A DNA stretch of 64,000 bases, taken from a virus. Lineage: Duplodnaviria > Heunggongvirae > Uroviricota > Caudoviricetes. Location: the IMG/VR virus record IMGVR_UViG_3300028833_002293, positions 36,535-100,534 of that record; one strand, given 5' to 3'. The notes beneath the pieces are model-generated. The model ran no database searches. It was not told the origin of the DNA and saw nothing but the letters and a program-made list of their open reading frames with translations. This document shows positions 41,571 to 51,365 of the stretch, piece after piece. Each line of letters starts with the position of its first letter. Position 1 is the first letter of the stretch. Both the position numbers and the translations under genes were made by a program.

Positions 41571-41652
41571 CGGGAGTTGGATTCGAACCAACACAATGCG
41601 AGTTCCGTCTCAAGGTTATGAGCCTTGCATGTTACCATTACACTATCCCACA
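41568..41652 (-). tRNA. tRNA with CAU anticodon and an 18-nt variable region (class-II-like body)
   Basis: reverse complement: TGTGGGA-TA-GTGT-AATGGTA-ACAT-G-CAAGG-CTCATAA-CCTTG-(18 nt)-GTTGG-TTCGAAT-CCAAC-TCCCGCA-A; promoter 41757..41795 upstream. Confidence 0.5.
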
Positions 41653-41756
41653 ATATTATGTATCTAAGTCGGAAACTATATTTTTTTCGCGTTTTAGATT
41701 TACAGTCTAATGAAAAGTTAATTAATTGCTGTAAGTTTCCTTTATTAGTTTCAACT

Positions 41757-41795
41757 TTGCAAAGATATGAAAAATATTTTTAATATCCAAAATTT
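41757..41795 (-). promoter_or_regulatory. Bacteroidota-type promoter driving a tRNA transcription unit
   Basis: ttgcaaagatatgaaaaatatttttaatatccaaaat; the 5' leader contains the GGAAACTTACAGCAA motif; tRNA at 41568..41652. Confidence 0.6.
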
Positions 41796-42065
41796 TTAGG
41801 AAGTTTTTTCAATCTTTTTGAAGAATTCATCCAACTTATAAATTTCTGAAAGTATATTGGAGTATTCCTCTACAGAAAGAACAAGTTCTTCCTTACCATT
41901 TTCAATATTGGATGCTTGCAATTTTAGTTTTTCAACCAATGCAACCTTTAATGCTTCACGATACTTAACACTAACAATCTTCTGGGCTTCTTGCTTCTCA
42001 TAGCCAGCTTCACAAAGATTCTTATATAGCTCGTTTCTAAATTCTTTTTCTAAAATCTTACTCAT
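41796..42065 (-). CDS. hypothetical protein
   Basis: 89 aa ORF; promoter 42087..42125. Confidence 0.5.
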   Translation of the reverse strand: MSKILEKEFRNELYKNLCEAGYEKQEAQKIVSVKYREALKVALVEKLKLQASNIENGKEELVLSVEEYSNILSEIYKLDEFFKKIEKTS

Positions 42066-42167
42066 TGTTTATCCTTTCGTTTAACAGTGCAAAGATATAG
42101 AAAATTTTCGAGATTTCCAAATATTGGAAGAACTTTTTTGTTAAAAGATGTTAACTGATTGATTATC

Positions 42168-42255
42168 AGTAACTTAGTGGAGCTAGAGGGAGTCGAACCC
42201 TCGTGCAAACAACCATTCCATAAGAAATTATACAAGCTTCCCCAAAGTGTTCGAA
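42168..42255 (-). ncRNA. tRNA-like element (canonical T-arm GAGGG-TTCGACT-CCCTC; acceptor pairing unclear)
   Basis: T-arm and adjacent 3' strand present; the 5' strand could not be paired cleanly. Confidence 0.25.
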
Positions 42256-42571
42256 AACACCGCCTTTGAGACCACCTCATTTTGTGAAAACGAGGAAAAC
42301 TAGGGGGGATGACTGGGAGTCACCGATTCCACCATTCAGTTTTGAGAAAACCGAAAAAACAAAATGCTAGGTTGTTCTGTTCCTAAGAGCCTAGCCTCTC
42401 GGCTCACTTACGCTGCAATAGCGTACTCGTAAGCAGGAGAATTAACATTCTCGCCAGTTATAGTTTTTGCTATTTTGGGTGTATGCCCACCGCTTGTTTC
42501 TTACCAAACGCATTGCTGTCAAATCCATTATAGCCCCATACGTTTCAAATGCTCAAAGAACTCTTTTAATG

Positions 42572-42645
42572 TGGTGATGGAGTGACTCGAACACCCAACC
42601 TATTGAATATCAGTCAATTGCGCTGACCAGTTGCGCCACATCACC
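42572..42645 (-). tRNA. tRNA-Ile (anticodon GAU)
   Basis: reverse complement: GGTGATG-TG-GCGC-AACTGGTCA-GCGC-A-ATTGA-CTGATAT-TCAAT-AGGTT-GGGTG-TTCGAGT-CACTC-CATCACC-A; clean cloverleaf. Confidence 0.7.
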
Positions 42646-42679
42646 ATTTTATTTATAAATATTGTTTCATGTTAAAAAG

Positions 42680-42750
42680 TACGGAAACGTTTTAATACAT
42701 TAAGTTGCTCTAGCCAACTGAGCTACAAGGAGCATAAAACTCCTCGATGG
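42680..42750 (-). ncRNA. split / permuted tRNA-like pair: T-arm plus acceptor 3' strand lies immediately upstream of an acceptor 5' strand plus D-arm
   Basis: minus strand: GGGTTCGAATCCCAT-CGAGGAG-TTTTAT-GCTCCTTG-TAGCTCAGTTGGCTAGAGCA; the two acceptor strands can pair (with two G-U). Confidence 0.3.
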
Positions 42751-43083
42751 GATTCGAACCCATGACCTACTACTTACAAGGCTTATTAAAAAACTATTGC
42801 TGTCTGTTTCCTTAGCGCTTGAGGTCGGATTTGCACCTTCTGTCTCTGTCTCCATCTTTCGATTTTGTACCAGCGTTTATACTACTTAACACTTCTCAAG
42901 CATGTTTCGCCTACTGTACTCATGTGATAACTTGAAAATGTATCACAACAAGCCATCGCAGACTTGTCTTGCATTAACGTAGTTAAGACCAATATACGGC
43001 ATTCTTGACCTAAAGTATGCTTACGAACACGTTATATATATACTGTTTATCATGCCATAAAACCTCTAACGTGTAAAAGGTTA

Positions 43084-43206
43084 TTTTTCTGCGTATCTGA
43101 ATATCATTCCACAATGATGGCATATAAATACCTCACCATTTTCATCAATAGCATTTGAAATGTCAATTTTTACATCACCACCACATTTTACGCATTTAAC
43201 TTCCAT
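43084..43206 (-). CDS. small zinc-ribbon protein (below ORF-track cutoff; coordinates approximate)
   Basis: minus reading MEVKCVKCGGDVKIDISNAIDENGEVFICHHCGMIF..., two CxxC pairs; promoter 43229..43268 upstream. Confidence 0.3.
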
Positions 43207-43228
43207 ATCGTTATTTTTTTTTTTACTC

Positions 43229-43268
43229 TGCAAAGATATGAAAAAAAATTGGAATATCCAAATTCTTT
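43229..43268 (-). promoter_or_regulatory. Bacteroidota-type promoter
   Basis: ctgcaaagatatgaaaaaaaattggaatatccaaat; exactly 20 nt between the TTTG and the TAtcTTTG on the minus strand. Confidence 0.6.
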
Positions 43269-43288
43269 AACACTCTTTAAGAAAAAAG

Positions 43289-43359
43289 TAGGGTATGACG
43301 GAATCGAACCGCCCTTCTTAGGATGTAAGCCTAATGTCCTTCCGATGAACGAATACCCT
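43289..43359 (-). tRNA. tRNA-Val (anticodon UAC)
   Basis: reverse complement: AGGGTAT-TC-GTTC..GGAC-A-TTAGG-CTTACAT-CCTAA..GGCGG-TTCGATT-CCGTC-ATACCCT-A. Confidence 0.6.
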
Positions 43360-43691
43360 AGTTTGGCACGAACATTTTGCCATATACACATATAGAATCT
43401 TTATGTTAAGCGAAACAACCGTAGTTGAAAAGGGGCTTGCACCCTTATCCTTCCCAGATGCTATACAGGAATGCTTTATTTTCTACCTTGAGTATTGCTA
43501 GACAAACTCAGTGCCTTTTCTTGTATCAGTTATGGTCTATTACAGACCTACCTTGCCCTTATACTTGTAAGCAAACCAACCGATAACTCCACCCAAAATG
43601 AATTCAATCATAGTTGTAATATTTTTAAAAGATTAGACAATTAATTTGATGTTGCAAAGATATAAAAAATATTTTTAATTTCCAAATAAAA

Positions 43692-44357
43692 TTACCATCT
43701 TTCTAACTTTTTAACAATCTCTTCTTTTTCCATTTGAGCATTGAACTTGTCTTGTATCAATTCAGCTTGAATCTCATTCTCAAGTTCATCGTAATCATCT
43801 TCGTTGTATTGCTCATGTAAGCCATACTTTTTCTTACGAGGTCTTTTACATGTTGGCTCGTCACACTTTATAGCGTTTTTGCCATCACCCCAGCGGAACT
43901 GTAGCCAACCCTCGTATTCTCCGTAATCGAATACATAGCCTTTTGGAATTTCATCGTCACCCCTAAAGTATTCATCAAGCATTCTCAATGATACCTCTTG
44001 TGACCTCCAAGGATAATTCATATTGGAGTGACCATATACTCCGTCATGCCCAATTTTAATGATTCTACTTCTCTCAAAGTCTAAAACCATGTATCCCCAG
44101 AACCTATCTTGGACATCAAATATCCATTCTTTAGTGTGCCACTTATCTCTTGGAATTTCTTCTTGGTGTGGTCTTGGAGTATCAGCGTAAACCTCTTCAA
44201 TCAGTTTAACCTCTTCCTTCCACTCTTCCTCAGTGTCAAACTCAGTCTCAGTATGGATATACTCATGTAGGTTATACAAGCCAGTCATTTTTTTATCTGA
44301 CAATGATTTACCCCACATTGAGAATATGACCATATATCGTTTTGTATGCTTCTTCAT
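43692..44357 (-). CDS. hypothetical protein
   Basis: 221 aa ORF. Confidence 0.55.
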   Translation of the reverse strand: MKKHTKRYMVIFSMWGKSLSDKKMTGLYNLHEYIHTETEFDTEEEWKEEVKLIEEVYADTPRPHQEEIPRDKWHTKEWIFDVQDRFWGYMVLDFERSRIIKIGHDGVYGHSNMNYPWRSQEVSLRMLDEYFRGDDEIPKGYVFDYGEYEGWLQFRWGDGKNAIKCDEPTCKRPRKKKYGLHEQYNEDDYDELENEIQAELIQDKFNAQMEKEEIVKKLERW

Positions 44358-44971
44358 GTTTCTTTTCTTTTTCTGAAAGATGTCTTTAAGTCAAATCCAT
44401 GAGACAATATCTTACCCTCATTGGTTTGTGTCTTAATGCCATCAACAGAACCAAACAAGTCTATGAAAAGAGTATTCTTAAACTCTTTCAAGTAATCTTT
44501 CTTATAGCCATAAACCTCTAAAGATGCGATAAGGTTTGAAAGCAACCTCTCAAGGTCTTTAACAAGGTGGTCTTCAATACCATTACCTATTAAATCCCAA
44601 GGTCTTGTTTCGTGGCCTATTGATGTGCCATTAAGTTGCGTTAAATATGTAATCTCATAGTACCCACCAATAATGCCAATGATATGTTTGCGCCTTATAC
44701 CAACTTCATCATATACCTTTTTTGCTTTTATATGACTAACATCTTTATAGTAATAGAATCCAAGAGGTGAAATACATTTAGCATAACGCCCACTTTTACC
44801 AGTGTAGCACACTACCCTAGAATCGTCCTTAATAACTTTCTCACCTTTGGTGAAAGATGTTCTTGCACTATTAATTCCGATTCCTTTCCTATCTTTATCT
44901 TCAACTTTCGCAACAATCACGTCACATTTGCTGAATAGGATTTTCCTCTTTTCTCTTATTTTAACAGCCAT
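44354..44971 (-). CDS. hypothetical protein
   Basis: 205 aa ORF. Confidence 0.55.
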   Translation of the reverse strand: MAVKIREKRKILFSKCDVIVAKVEDKDRKGIGINSARTSFTKGEKVIKDDSRVVCYTGKSGRYAKCISPLGFYYYKDVSHIKAKKVYDEVGIRRKHIIGIIGGYYEITYLTQLNGTSIGHETRPWDLIGNGIEDHLVKDLERLLSNLIASLEVYGYKKDYLKEFKNTLFIDLFGSVDGIKTQTNEGKILSHGFDLKTSFRKRKET

Positions 44972-45186
44972 TAGTCAACAAAACTTTCAAAATAATTTTT
45001 TACAACCTTAAACGGCCAAAAAAATACCAATCCAGCTATAAACAAAACTGCCATTGGTTCTTCGCTGCCTTCGTTTAGCTCTTTCACTAATTCATATTCT
45101 AGCTTGTATTCATCGTACCACCATATGAATGTCAGTATAATACCAACAAAGAAATATCCTATTACAATAAAATAACAAATGTCCAT
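44971..45186 (-). CDS. small membrane protein
   Basis: 71 aa hydrophobic ORF. Confidence 0.4.
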   Translation of the reverse strand: MDICYFIVIGYFFVGIILTFIWWYDEYKLEYELVKELNEGSEEPMAVLFIAGLVFFWPFKVVKNYFESFVD

Positions 45187-45283
45187 AACAATAAAGTAGG
45201 CTTCCTCTACCTATCACGTCACCTAAAGTTTTCTCTGCAAGCAGTCGCAAGTGGTGTTTTCCTTTAACTCGATGAGGATTATC

Positions 45284-45355
45284 GCAGGCACAGCAGGAAT
45301 CGGACCCACATCTGAGGTTTTGGAGACCCCCATTCTAACCATTAAACTATGCGCC
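45284..45355 (-). tRNA. tRNA-Trp (anticodon CCA)
   Basis: reverse complement: AGGCGCA..GGGGT-CTCCAAA-ACCTC..GTGGG-TCCGATT-CCTGC-TGTGCCT-G. Confidence 0.55.
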
Positions 45356-46088
45356 TATTTATGTATTCTAGCAAATATTTTTTAGATGTTGGCAAATTAT
45401 AGTGTTCACACCACCTTCTTATACCATTATCTGAAACATTATATTTTTTTCCAACTTTTACGAAACTCTTTAATTCTTTGAAATCGTTGATAAGTGTTTC
45501 TTTTGATGGGTGCGTGTTTTCAAATCTTTTTTCAGCAAAATCACTAATAGAGGCTATAGAGCTTTTATTATCGCATTTTTTTACTTTCTCTTTTTTAACT
45601 TTCTCTTTTTTTACATATTTTGTGCTATTTTCCCTATTAGCATTTTTACCAGCATATGTATCAGTTAGTGAATGACAATTAGGGCATAATAACTGGATAT
45701 TCTCTAATCTATTATCATTATGTACCCCATTAACATGGTGTATCTGTAATGGTATAGGAACTCCTTCCCATTCAGTCCTTTTACAGCCTTCACATCTATA
45801 CTTTTTTATCCCTTCTTCTATTAATCTCTTCTTTAACTTTGTTGCGTCTTTGTATGTACTATCCTTCACTAGAATGTCTTTTGTTTCAATCCTAGGATGA
45901 TAGCTACACATTGTTTTTCTTTTGTAAGTGAATTTTAATTCAACTCCTAGTTCTTGCGCTAGTTGTTTAATCTCTTTGTAGTCTTCTCCACCTACGTTTT
46001 CAATTCCCATTTTATGACAAAGGTCTAACATATTAACACATTTGTCAGCATTTTCAATAAGTTTGTCAATTGCGTATTCCCGTTTCAT
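45342..46088 (-). CDS. HNH homing endonuclease
   Basis: 248 aa; HNH motif IHHVNGVHNDNRLENIQLLCPNCH. Confidence 0.6.
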   Translation of the reverse strand: MKREYAIDKLIENADKCVNMLDLCHKMGIENVGGEDYKEIKQLAQELGVELKFTYKRKTMCSYHPRIETKDILVKDSTYKDATKLKKRLIEEGIKKYRCEGCKRTEWEGVPIPLQIHHVNGVHNDNRLENIQLLCPNCHSLTDTYAGKNANRENSTKYVKKEKVKKEKVKKCDNKSSIASISDFAEKRFENTHPSKETLINDFKELKSFVKVGKKYNVSDNGIRRWCEHYNLPTSKKYLLEYINRRIV

Positions 46089-46234
46089 ATCTATATTCTT
46101 TTAATATAAATATCACGTAAATTGCAAAAATCGAACTTATTTGGAAATTTATTTTTGGTTCAACTTTCTTTAAAAAACCTAGCCGCTACTGTCTGTAAAC
46201 AGTATTTCTTTTCCCTTATTTATTTACTGACATA

Positions 46235-46945
46235 TTACTTATCTTCTACGTACATACCACAATATTGAGGTTTACCCAATTCAACCCATTCATCGTGAGT
46301 CATAATGTGATATGTCTTGTGCTTTGGTTGTTTCTTGTCACCAACACTACTAATATCTCTTGTCTTAGAGTCAACAGACTTTATGATGTCTGGTATTCTA
46401 TAGCTTCCCGCCATCTGTTTAATCAAAGACGCATAGTTATTTGTGAAATAATACTCAGAGCATGTTATCCACAATGGAGTTTTAGACTCACCACGTAGAA
46501 TCTCTACGCAATCTGGAATATTACAATGATATGGATTCTTAGCAATACCAACAATTGATATGTCTGGTCTGTTGTATTCTGTCATCAAAGCGTTTGCAAG
46601 ACGCATACCAATTCCAAGAGTTCTGTCCTTTCCATTTTCAGATAGCCAAACGAATCCATCAACAATGATTGTATCGACATCATCTAAATCTAGCATCTTC
46701 AAACATTGCATAATGCATGGAAGTTCACGCTTATACAATTCTCCTGGTTTATACTCCGCATCAATGGTTTCCCTTTTACTAGTGACGAAATATTTTACTT
46801 TCGTGTCTGCCCAACTTTCAAATACACCGCCAACAGTATATGAATATCCATCGTAATAGTACGTATCAAATGCAACAATCATGCTAATATTTTTTCTATA
46901 TCCTTTTTCAGCCCATAAAAGTTCCTCTTTAATGGTAAAGGACAA
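46235..46945 (-). CDS. endonuclease V-like (inosine-specific endonuclease family) protein
   Basis: 236 aa; DTIIVDGF...GIGMRLA resembles the EndoV core (VDGxG...HPRRxGxAsHxG). Confidence 0.35.
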   Translation of the reverse strand: MSFTIKEELLWAEKGYRKNISMIVAFDTYYYDGYSYTVGGVFESWADTKVKYFVTSKRETIDAEYKPGELYKRELPCIMQCLKMLDLDDVDTIIVDGFVWLSENGKDRTLGIGMRLANALMTEYNRPDISIVGIAKNPYHCNIPDCVEILRGESKTPLWITCSEYYFTNNYASLIKQMAGSYRIPDIIKSVDSKTRDISSVGDKKQPKHKTYHIMTHDEWVELGKPQYCGMYVEDK

Positions 46946-47045
46946 TGGTCAAGAACTTCACCAATCTCCGAAAGTTCCTCTTTCGTGAGTTCAATGATGT
47001 CGTATTTATCGTTTAACGTATCGTGAGCAATAGACATAATTACGT

Positions 47046-47318
47046 TTATTGAAGGTAGCCGTGTTCAATTAAATATTTCTCACCCTTTTTAGTACAACGA
47101 TACACAGTTTTAACAACTTCGCCATGTCTGCACTTTTTCAAAGGCTTAGTAAGCTTCTCGATTATATAATCATCCTTTATCAACACCTCAATTGAATAAG
47201 AAATACCATAATCAGAAATAGTTTTCAAATAAGGTAATGCACTTATCTCACCATACGACATTGGCACAGCATGAATGCTAGCCAATATTTTTTCTGTTAC
47301 CTCTAACATAGTTACCAA
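47046..47318 (-). CDS. hypothetical protein
   Basis: 90 aa ORF. Confidence 0.4.
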   Translation of the reverse strand: MVTMLEVTEKILASIHAVPMSYGEISALPYLKTISDYGISYSIEVLIKDDYIIEKLTKPLKKCRHGEVVKTVYRCTKKGEKYLIEHGYLQ

Positions 47319-47668
47319 GAAAATTTGATTTTATACTTATCGCCACAGAAAGGGTAAAGAGGACAACACCACTGATTTATATCAATATCAATATTGAACC
47401 CAAGGCTACGAAATTCTGTCTGTAAAAGCTCTCTAATGTCACGTTCTTTGTGACCGTAAACCCTATACCTTCTTGGCACTTTAATCCAAACGTATCTACT
47501 AGAGTAGTCTGAATCTATGGCTTTCTTAATCTCGCCCTCATAGACGAGTTTAAGCCAACCAATCAGCTTACCGCAATCAAGCAATAGTTGCTCCCCTTGC
47601 GATTTCTTGCTTAACTCAGCTAAGTATTTTGCGGAATCCGAATTAAAACTTCTATTTTCCATGTTCAC
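47312..47668 (-). CDS. hypothetical protein
   Basis: 118 aa ORF; promoter 47685..47720. Confidence 0.5.
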   Translation of the reverse strand: MNMENRSFNSDSAKYLAELSKKSQGEQLLLDCGKLIGWLKLVYEGEIKKAIDSDYSSRYVWIKVPRRYRVYGHKERDIRELLQTEFRSLGFNIDIDINQWCCPLYPFCGDKYKIKFSW

Positions 47669-47753
47669 ATATTTTTATATATGTTGCAAAGATACGAAAA
47701 AAATCTGAGACTACCAAATTCTTTAACGTTTTTTGTGATTTTAGTACATCCTT

Positions 47754-48032
47754 TTATTGTGCTTCTGGATTTCTTATAATTAACTTCGTATATTTATTAA
47801 TTGATTCATCACGACATTCGTCATACGTAGGATATAAATCATCTTCCATAATAATTTTTATACGCTTAGAATAATCTTTATATTTAACTTGGCATTTGTA
47901 TGCTGGTTTTTCTTTAACTATAATTGTGTCTATTAATTCAACTTCTTTTATATAATTATAGTCACATAGCCAATATAGATGAGATTTATCGTAATACTTA
48001 AAATTTACTGTAATCGTTTTTGATTGTTCCAT
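47754..48032 (-). CDS. hypothetical protein
   Basis: 92 aa ORF. Confidence 0.4.
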   Translation of the reverse strand: MEQSKTITVNFKYYDKSHLYWLCDYNYIKEVELIDTIIVKEKPAYKCQVKYKDYSKRIKIIMEDDLYPTYDECRDESINKYTKLIIRNPEAQ

Positions 48033-48113
48033 ATGATAAGAATTTTATAGTTATGTGTTAACAGTTAACTACCGTTTTTCCAATTTCATATTTCATAACA
48101 TTCTTTTTTTTTG

Positions 48114-48199
48114 TACACCGTATTGGAATCGAACCAATGTCACTGAACAAAACAGTACAGATTAAAAGTCTGTTGCATAATCCACTCTGCCAACAGTGC
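48114..48199 (-). tRNA. tRNA with UUU anticodon (Lys-type) and an 18-nt variable region
   Basis: reverse complement: GCACTGT..ACAGA-CTTTTAA-TCTGT-(18 nt)-ATTGG-TTCGATT-CCAAT-ACGGTGT-A. Confidence 0.45.
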
Positions 48200-48209
48200 A
48201 TATGAGTTG

Positions 48210-48300
48210 TGCTTCCACAGGGAGTCGAACCTTGCTTTTCGGTTTAAAAGACCGAAGTAATCCGTCTGTCTCCAGGCACTTACCGATATACGATGGAAGC
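48210..48300 (-). tRNA. tRNA with UUU anticodon carrying a ~17-nt insertion in the D region
   Basis: reverse complement: GCTTCCA...TTCGGT-CTTTTAA-ACCGAA..CAAGG-TTCGACT-CCCTG-TGGAAGC-A. Confidence 0.4.
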
Positions 48301-48306
48301 GTATCG

Positions 48307-48380
48307 TGCGCCTAGAGGGATTCGAACCCTCGACCCCATGATTAAAAGTCATGTGCATCTACCAACTGAGCTATAGGCGC
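48307..48380 (-). tRNA. tRNA-Lys (anticodon UUU), copy 1 of a tandem duplicate
   Basis: reverse complement: GCGCCTA-TA-GCTCAGTTGGTAGA..CATGA-CTTTTAA-TCATG-GGGTC-GAGGG-TTCGAAT-CCCTC-TAGGCGC-A. Confidence 0.65.
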
Positions 48381-48399
48381 ATTGCTTATTAAAAATTTG

Positions 48400-48473
48400 T
48401 GCGCCCAGAGGGATTCGAACCCTCGACCCCATGATTAAAAGTCATGTGCATCTACCAACTGAGCTATGAGCGC
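48400..48473 (-). tRNA. tRNA-Lys (anticodon UUU), copy 2 of a tandem duplicate
   Basis: near-identical to 48307..48380; acceptor changed to GCGCTCA/TGGGCGC. Confidence 0.65.
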
Positions 48474-48495
48474 ATAAAACCAAAGTACTCCTAAA

Positions 48496-48567
48496 GGGAT
48501 TCGAACCCTTAACCCTCGGCTTAAGAGGCCGCAGCTCTACCGTTAAGCTATAGGAGCATTTCTATAT
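48496..48567 (-). tRNA. tRNA-Lys (anticodon CUU)
   Basis: reverse complement: GCTCCTA-TA-GCTT-AACGGTA-GAGC..CGGC-CTCTTAA-GCCG..AAGGG-TTCGAAT-CCCTT-TAGGAGT-A. Confidence 0.55.
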
Positions 48568-48658
48568 CTTATCCATAACGCTCCTAGCCCAATTATGTTG
48601 GTCGCTAACAGAGCGTTACATCTGCTTACGTTTTATGCATTTAATCTTTCTCATATGC

Positions 48659-49024
48659 TTATTCTTTTTTATTTCGTTTGTTACTTATTTCGATTATTTG
48701 TTTTTTAAATTCTTCAAGTGATTGGCATTTTTCGAGGTAAAAATCTTTGTTATTGTTATTCACAATATCATCAATCTCTTTCAAAACCTCTTCATCGGAT
48801 GCTTCACCTTTATCATTCATTTCCTCTAATACAACAACGTATTGATAGAGTTTATGGAAATCACGTGGTTTTAGAAGTTTATAAACGTCATCACCAATTT
48901 TAACAAAATTTCCTGTGTCACATGTACATATTAGGTTGACGTTATACTCACGTGCAATGTCTAGATGCCAAGGAGAATAAGAACCAGTTCCACTCGGTTT
49001 AAATTCAATACCTAATTTCTCCAT
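48659..49024 (-). CDS. hypothetical protein
   Basis: 121 aa ORF. Confidence 0.5.
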   Translation of the reverse strand: MEKLGIEFKPSGTGSYSPWHLDIAREYNVNLICTCDTGNFVKIGDDVYKLLKPRDFHKLYQYVVVLEEMNDKGEASDEEVLKEIDDIVNNNNKDFYLEKCQSLEEFKKQIIEISNKRNKKE

Positions 49025-49269
49025 TAAACAATCTTGATTAGGGTATCATTATCATTTGCCCTTCTAATCCACCTCATAAGAAGCAGACCCTTTTCTGTTG
49101 GCTTAAACGCAGCAGTCTCTCCGACATCTTTTTTGTCGCTCAAGTCAATCTCAAGCTGATACTTATTACCATCAACACTAGTGATGTGGTATACTGCAAT
49201 TCCTCCAGCCATGATGTACTGCAACTGGGCAATACCCTTTACCAATGGCTTAATATCCTCTACAATCAT
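49024..49269 (-). CDS. hypothetical protein
   Basis: 81 aa ORF. Confidence 0.4.
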   Translation of the reverse strand: MIVEDIKPLVKGIAQLQYIMAGGIAVYHITSVDGNKYQLEIDLSDKKDVGETAAFKPTEKGLLLMRWIRRANDNDTLIKIV

Positions 49270-49649
49270 ACTATCTTATGTTTTTTTCTGTCTAATTTAA
49301 ATTTATATTCTTTTAAGTCTTTTAGGAATGATTCTTTAATTCCTAATTCTTTCATGTCGAATTCTTTTTGCTTCCTCTTGAACACCTTGTAATCTACATA
49401 AACCATGCCAAAGCTAACTATAGCCATGATAATATCAAATGCGCCATCAATGTCTGCCAAACAAGCAAGTCCATTAAATACAAGACCAATTGCCATCAAC
49501 GCCCATCCCATTAAGACTTTCTTTCTATCTGACTTCCAACTAAGTGCTATACCTACATAGATGTCAACGAATCCTATTGTCCAAAGAATCCACCAAACTG
49601 TACTCATAACATTAAACTTATTAAATATGTTAGAATTCCACTCTCCCAA
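49266..49649 (-). CDS. membrane protein
   Basis: 127 aa; multiple hydrophobic segments. Confidence 0.45.
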   Translation of the reverse strand: MGEWNSNIFNKFNVMSTVWWILWTIGFVDIYVGIALSWKSDRKKVLMGWALMAIGLVFNGLACLADIDGAFDIIMAIVSFGMVYVDYKVFKRKQKEFDMKELGIKESFLKDLKEYKFKLDRKKHKIV

Positions 49650-49796
49650 ATGATTGACATATATTTCTTATGCCAAGTTACACTCCGTCAAGTTTATCCA
49701 ATTTATTTTCTACTCTCCTATATACGCAGAAGAGAAGCCCAGTCAATAATACTTCTGTCATACTCTACCTCCTTGTTTTAATGAAATTAGTTTAAT

Positions 49797-49878
49797 GCGG
49801 AGGGCACTGGAGTCAAACCAGATTCGCTTTTACGCGAACGAAGCAAATTAGCAGTTTGTCCCTATCATCGTCAAGGTT
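49797..49878 (-). tRNA. class-II tRNA, probably tRNA-Ser (anticodon GCU)
   Basis: reverse complement: GGAGGGT..CAAA-CTGCTAA-TTTG..variable hairpin TTCGC-GTAAAAG-GCGAA..TCTGG-TTTGACT-CCAG..GCCCTCC-G. Confidence 0.45.
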
Positions 49879-49887
49879 TACCCTCCT

Positions 49888-49954
49888 TTTACAAGTGGCG
49901 ATAGAGGAGTATGATTCCCCAACCTCTTGAATATGAGTCAAGTGCTCTGCCAAT
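49888..49954 (-). tRNA. tRNA-Met/Ile2-type (anticodon CAU) with non-canonical T-loop ATCATAC
   Basis: reverse complement: GGTGATA-TA-GCTC-AATTGGCA-GAGC-A-CTTGA-CTCATAT-TCAAG..GGGGA-ATCATAC-TCCTC-TATCGCC-A. Confidence 0.5.
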
Positions 49955-50095
49955 TGAGCTATATCACCATCTATTAAAATACCTACATTCCACTATCTCG
50001 TACAACTGTAATGCTTGCCTTGATTGTGTGATACAAATACATTCGTTGCCTACGATTACTTCTCTAGGTGGTTGTTCCTAGCGTTTCCTTCAGTA

Positions 50096-50389
50096 TTATA
50101 GCGTTCTATTAAATTCTATACTTTTAATATTCACTCTTTCCAATGTCACATAAAGATTTTCCTTATGTAAATGACTTGGTGAACTGATTACCCATCTATG
50201 TTGTTCAATAACCAAATCAACAGTATCATCGTTAAATGTTGCTTTGATTACTTTGTCATCAGCAAATGAATGGCTTAACAAATTCCACCTATTATAGAAT
50301 TCTCCATTAATTTCTACAGATTTAAATAAATCAATTCGATAAGTTTCATTGACTCTTTTTTTCCAATCATTCCAAAACTTCTTTGTCAT
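50096..50389 (-). CDS. hypothetical protein
   Basis: 97 aa ORF. Confidence 0.45.
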   Translation of the reverse strand: MTKKFWNDWKKRVNETYRIDLFKSVEINGEFYNRWNLLSHSFADDKVIKATFNDDTVDLVIEQHRWVISSPSHLHKENLYVTLERVNIKSIEFNRTL

Positions 50390-50418
50390 TTCATAATAAC
50401 CGCCACCAACTATATTTG

Positions 50419-50850
50419 TTACTCCCCTAATGTTGGAAGGGATGCTTTTCGTATCATTGTTGGTAATAACTCGTTACAAGATACAAATCCTAATTTACCA
50501 TAAAACTTTTTTAAATCTTTTACGGTTTTATGAGAATCGTCATAATGTCCTCTAGGCATTGGATGGCATAAAAGATAAAGATTATAGTCTTTATATACCC
50601 TAATCACCTCTTTCAGTAGTTCTGTTGCTACACCCCAACCGCAATATTCTCTGTCAGTTTCAACTCTGACGATTTTGGCCAGTTTGTTTCCGTTACATAA
50701 ACATTTATACCTATCAAATTCTATGTTTTCGGTATCAACAATAACTTTACCTAAATGTGTTCTGTTTTTAGCATCATATGCATGAAAGCATGTAGTCCCA
50801 CCGACACCAAACCATTCAATTTTAAATAAATTACTCCTATCTTCTAGCAT
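50419..50850 (-). CDS. hypothetical protein
   Basis: 143 aa ORF. Confidence 0.5.
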   Translation of the reverse strand: MLEDRSNLFKIEWFGVGGTTCFHAYDAKNRTHLGKVIVDTENIEFDRYKCLCNGNKLAKIVRVETDREYCGWGVATELLKEVIRVYKDYNLYLLCHPMPRGHYDDSHKTVKDLKKFYGKLGFVSCNELLPTMIRKASLPTLGE

Positions 50851-50856
50851 AACATT

Positions 50857-51273
50857 TCATTGATTAATACTACTCAATATATGTTCTTTCCAGTAATTAC
50901 GTCTTGTACTATTTTTGTTTTTAGATTTAAAAGTGTCTAGTTGACTATCACAGTTAGGGCATATCATCCTTAAATTTTCTCTTTTGTTGTTTGACGCATC
51001 ACCATCAATATGGTCTAATACGAACACTAACGGTTTACCATTATGTTCTGGTTTACATCCGCATATTGCGCACATATTATTTTGTTCTTTCATAAATTCA
51101 TCTTTAAAATTTTTTGGGGTATAATTTCCTTTACAATATTTCTCATTGTGCTCCAAAAAATCTTTGTAAGATTCTTTATGCCTATATTCAGCAGAACATT
51201 GAAATGAACAATAAACTTTGTTTTCTCTTGTTGTTTCGAATTCTTTATTACAATTTATACATTTTTTAATCAT
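50857..51273 (-). CDS. HNH homing endonuclease (paralog of 55348..55962)
   Basis: 138 aa; the segment FVLDHIDGDASNNKRENLRMICPNCDSQLDTFKSKN is almost identical to the C-terminal half of 55348..55962. Confidence 0.6.
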   Translation of the reverse strand: MIKKCINCNKEFETTRENKVYCSFQCSAEYRHKESYKDFLEHNEKYCKGNYTPKNFKDEFMKEQNNMCAICGCKPEHNGKPLVFVLDHIDGDASNNKRENLRMICPNCDSQLDTFKSKNKNSTRRNYWKEHILSSINQ

Positions 51274-51274
51274 G

Positions 51275-51365
51275 CGGAGGTAGAGGGATTCGAACCCCCA
51301 TGCCGACTCATCACCGACCTACTTGTTTTCAAGACAAGCCTCTTCACCAGTTTGAGTATACCTCC
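51275..51365 (-). tRNA. tRNA-Ser (anticodon UGA), class II
   Basis: reverse complement: GGAGGTA-TA-CTC..GAG-G-CTTGT-CTTGAAA-ACAAG-long variable arm-GGGGG-TTCGAAT-CCCTC-TACCTCC-G. Confidence 0.6.

Noticed and set aside
48307-48483. Possible CRISPR array suggested by regularly spaced near-identical ~74-bp repeats
   Set aside because: The repeats are complete tRNA-Lys(UUU) genes with cloverleaf structure. There are only two copies and no unique spacers, so this is a tandem tRNA duplication.
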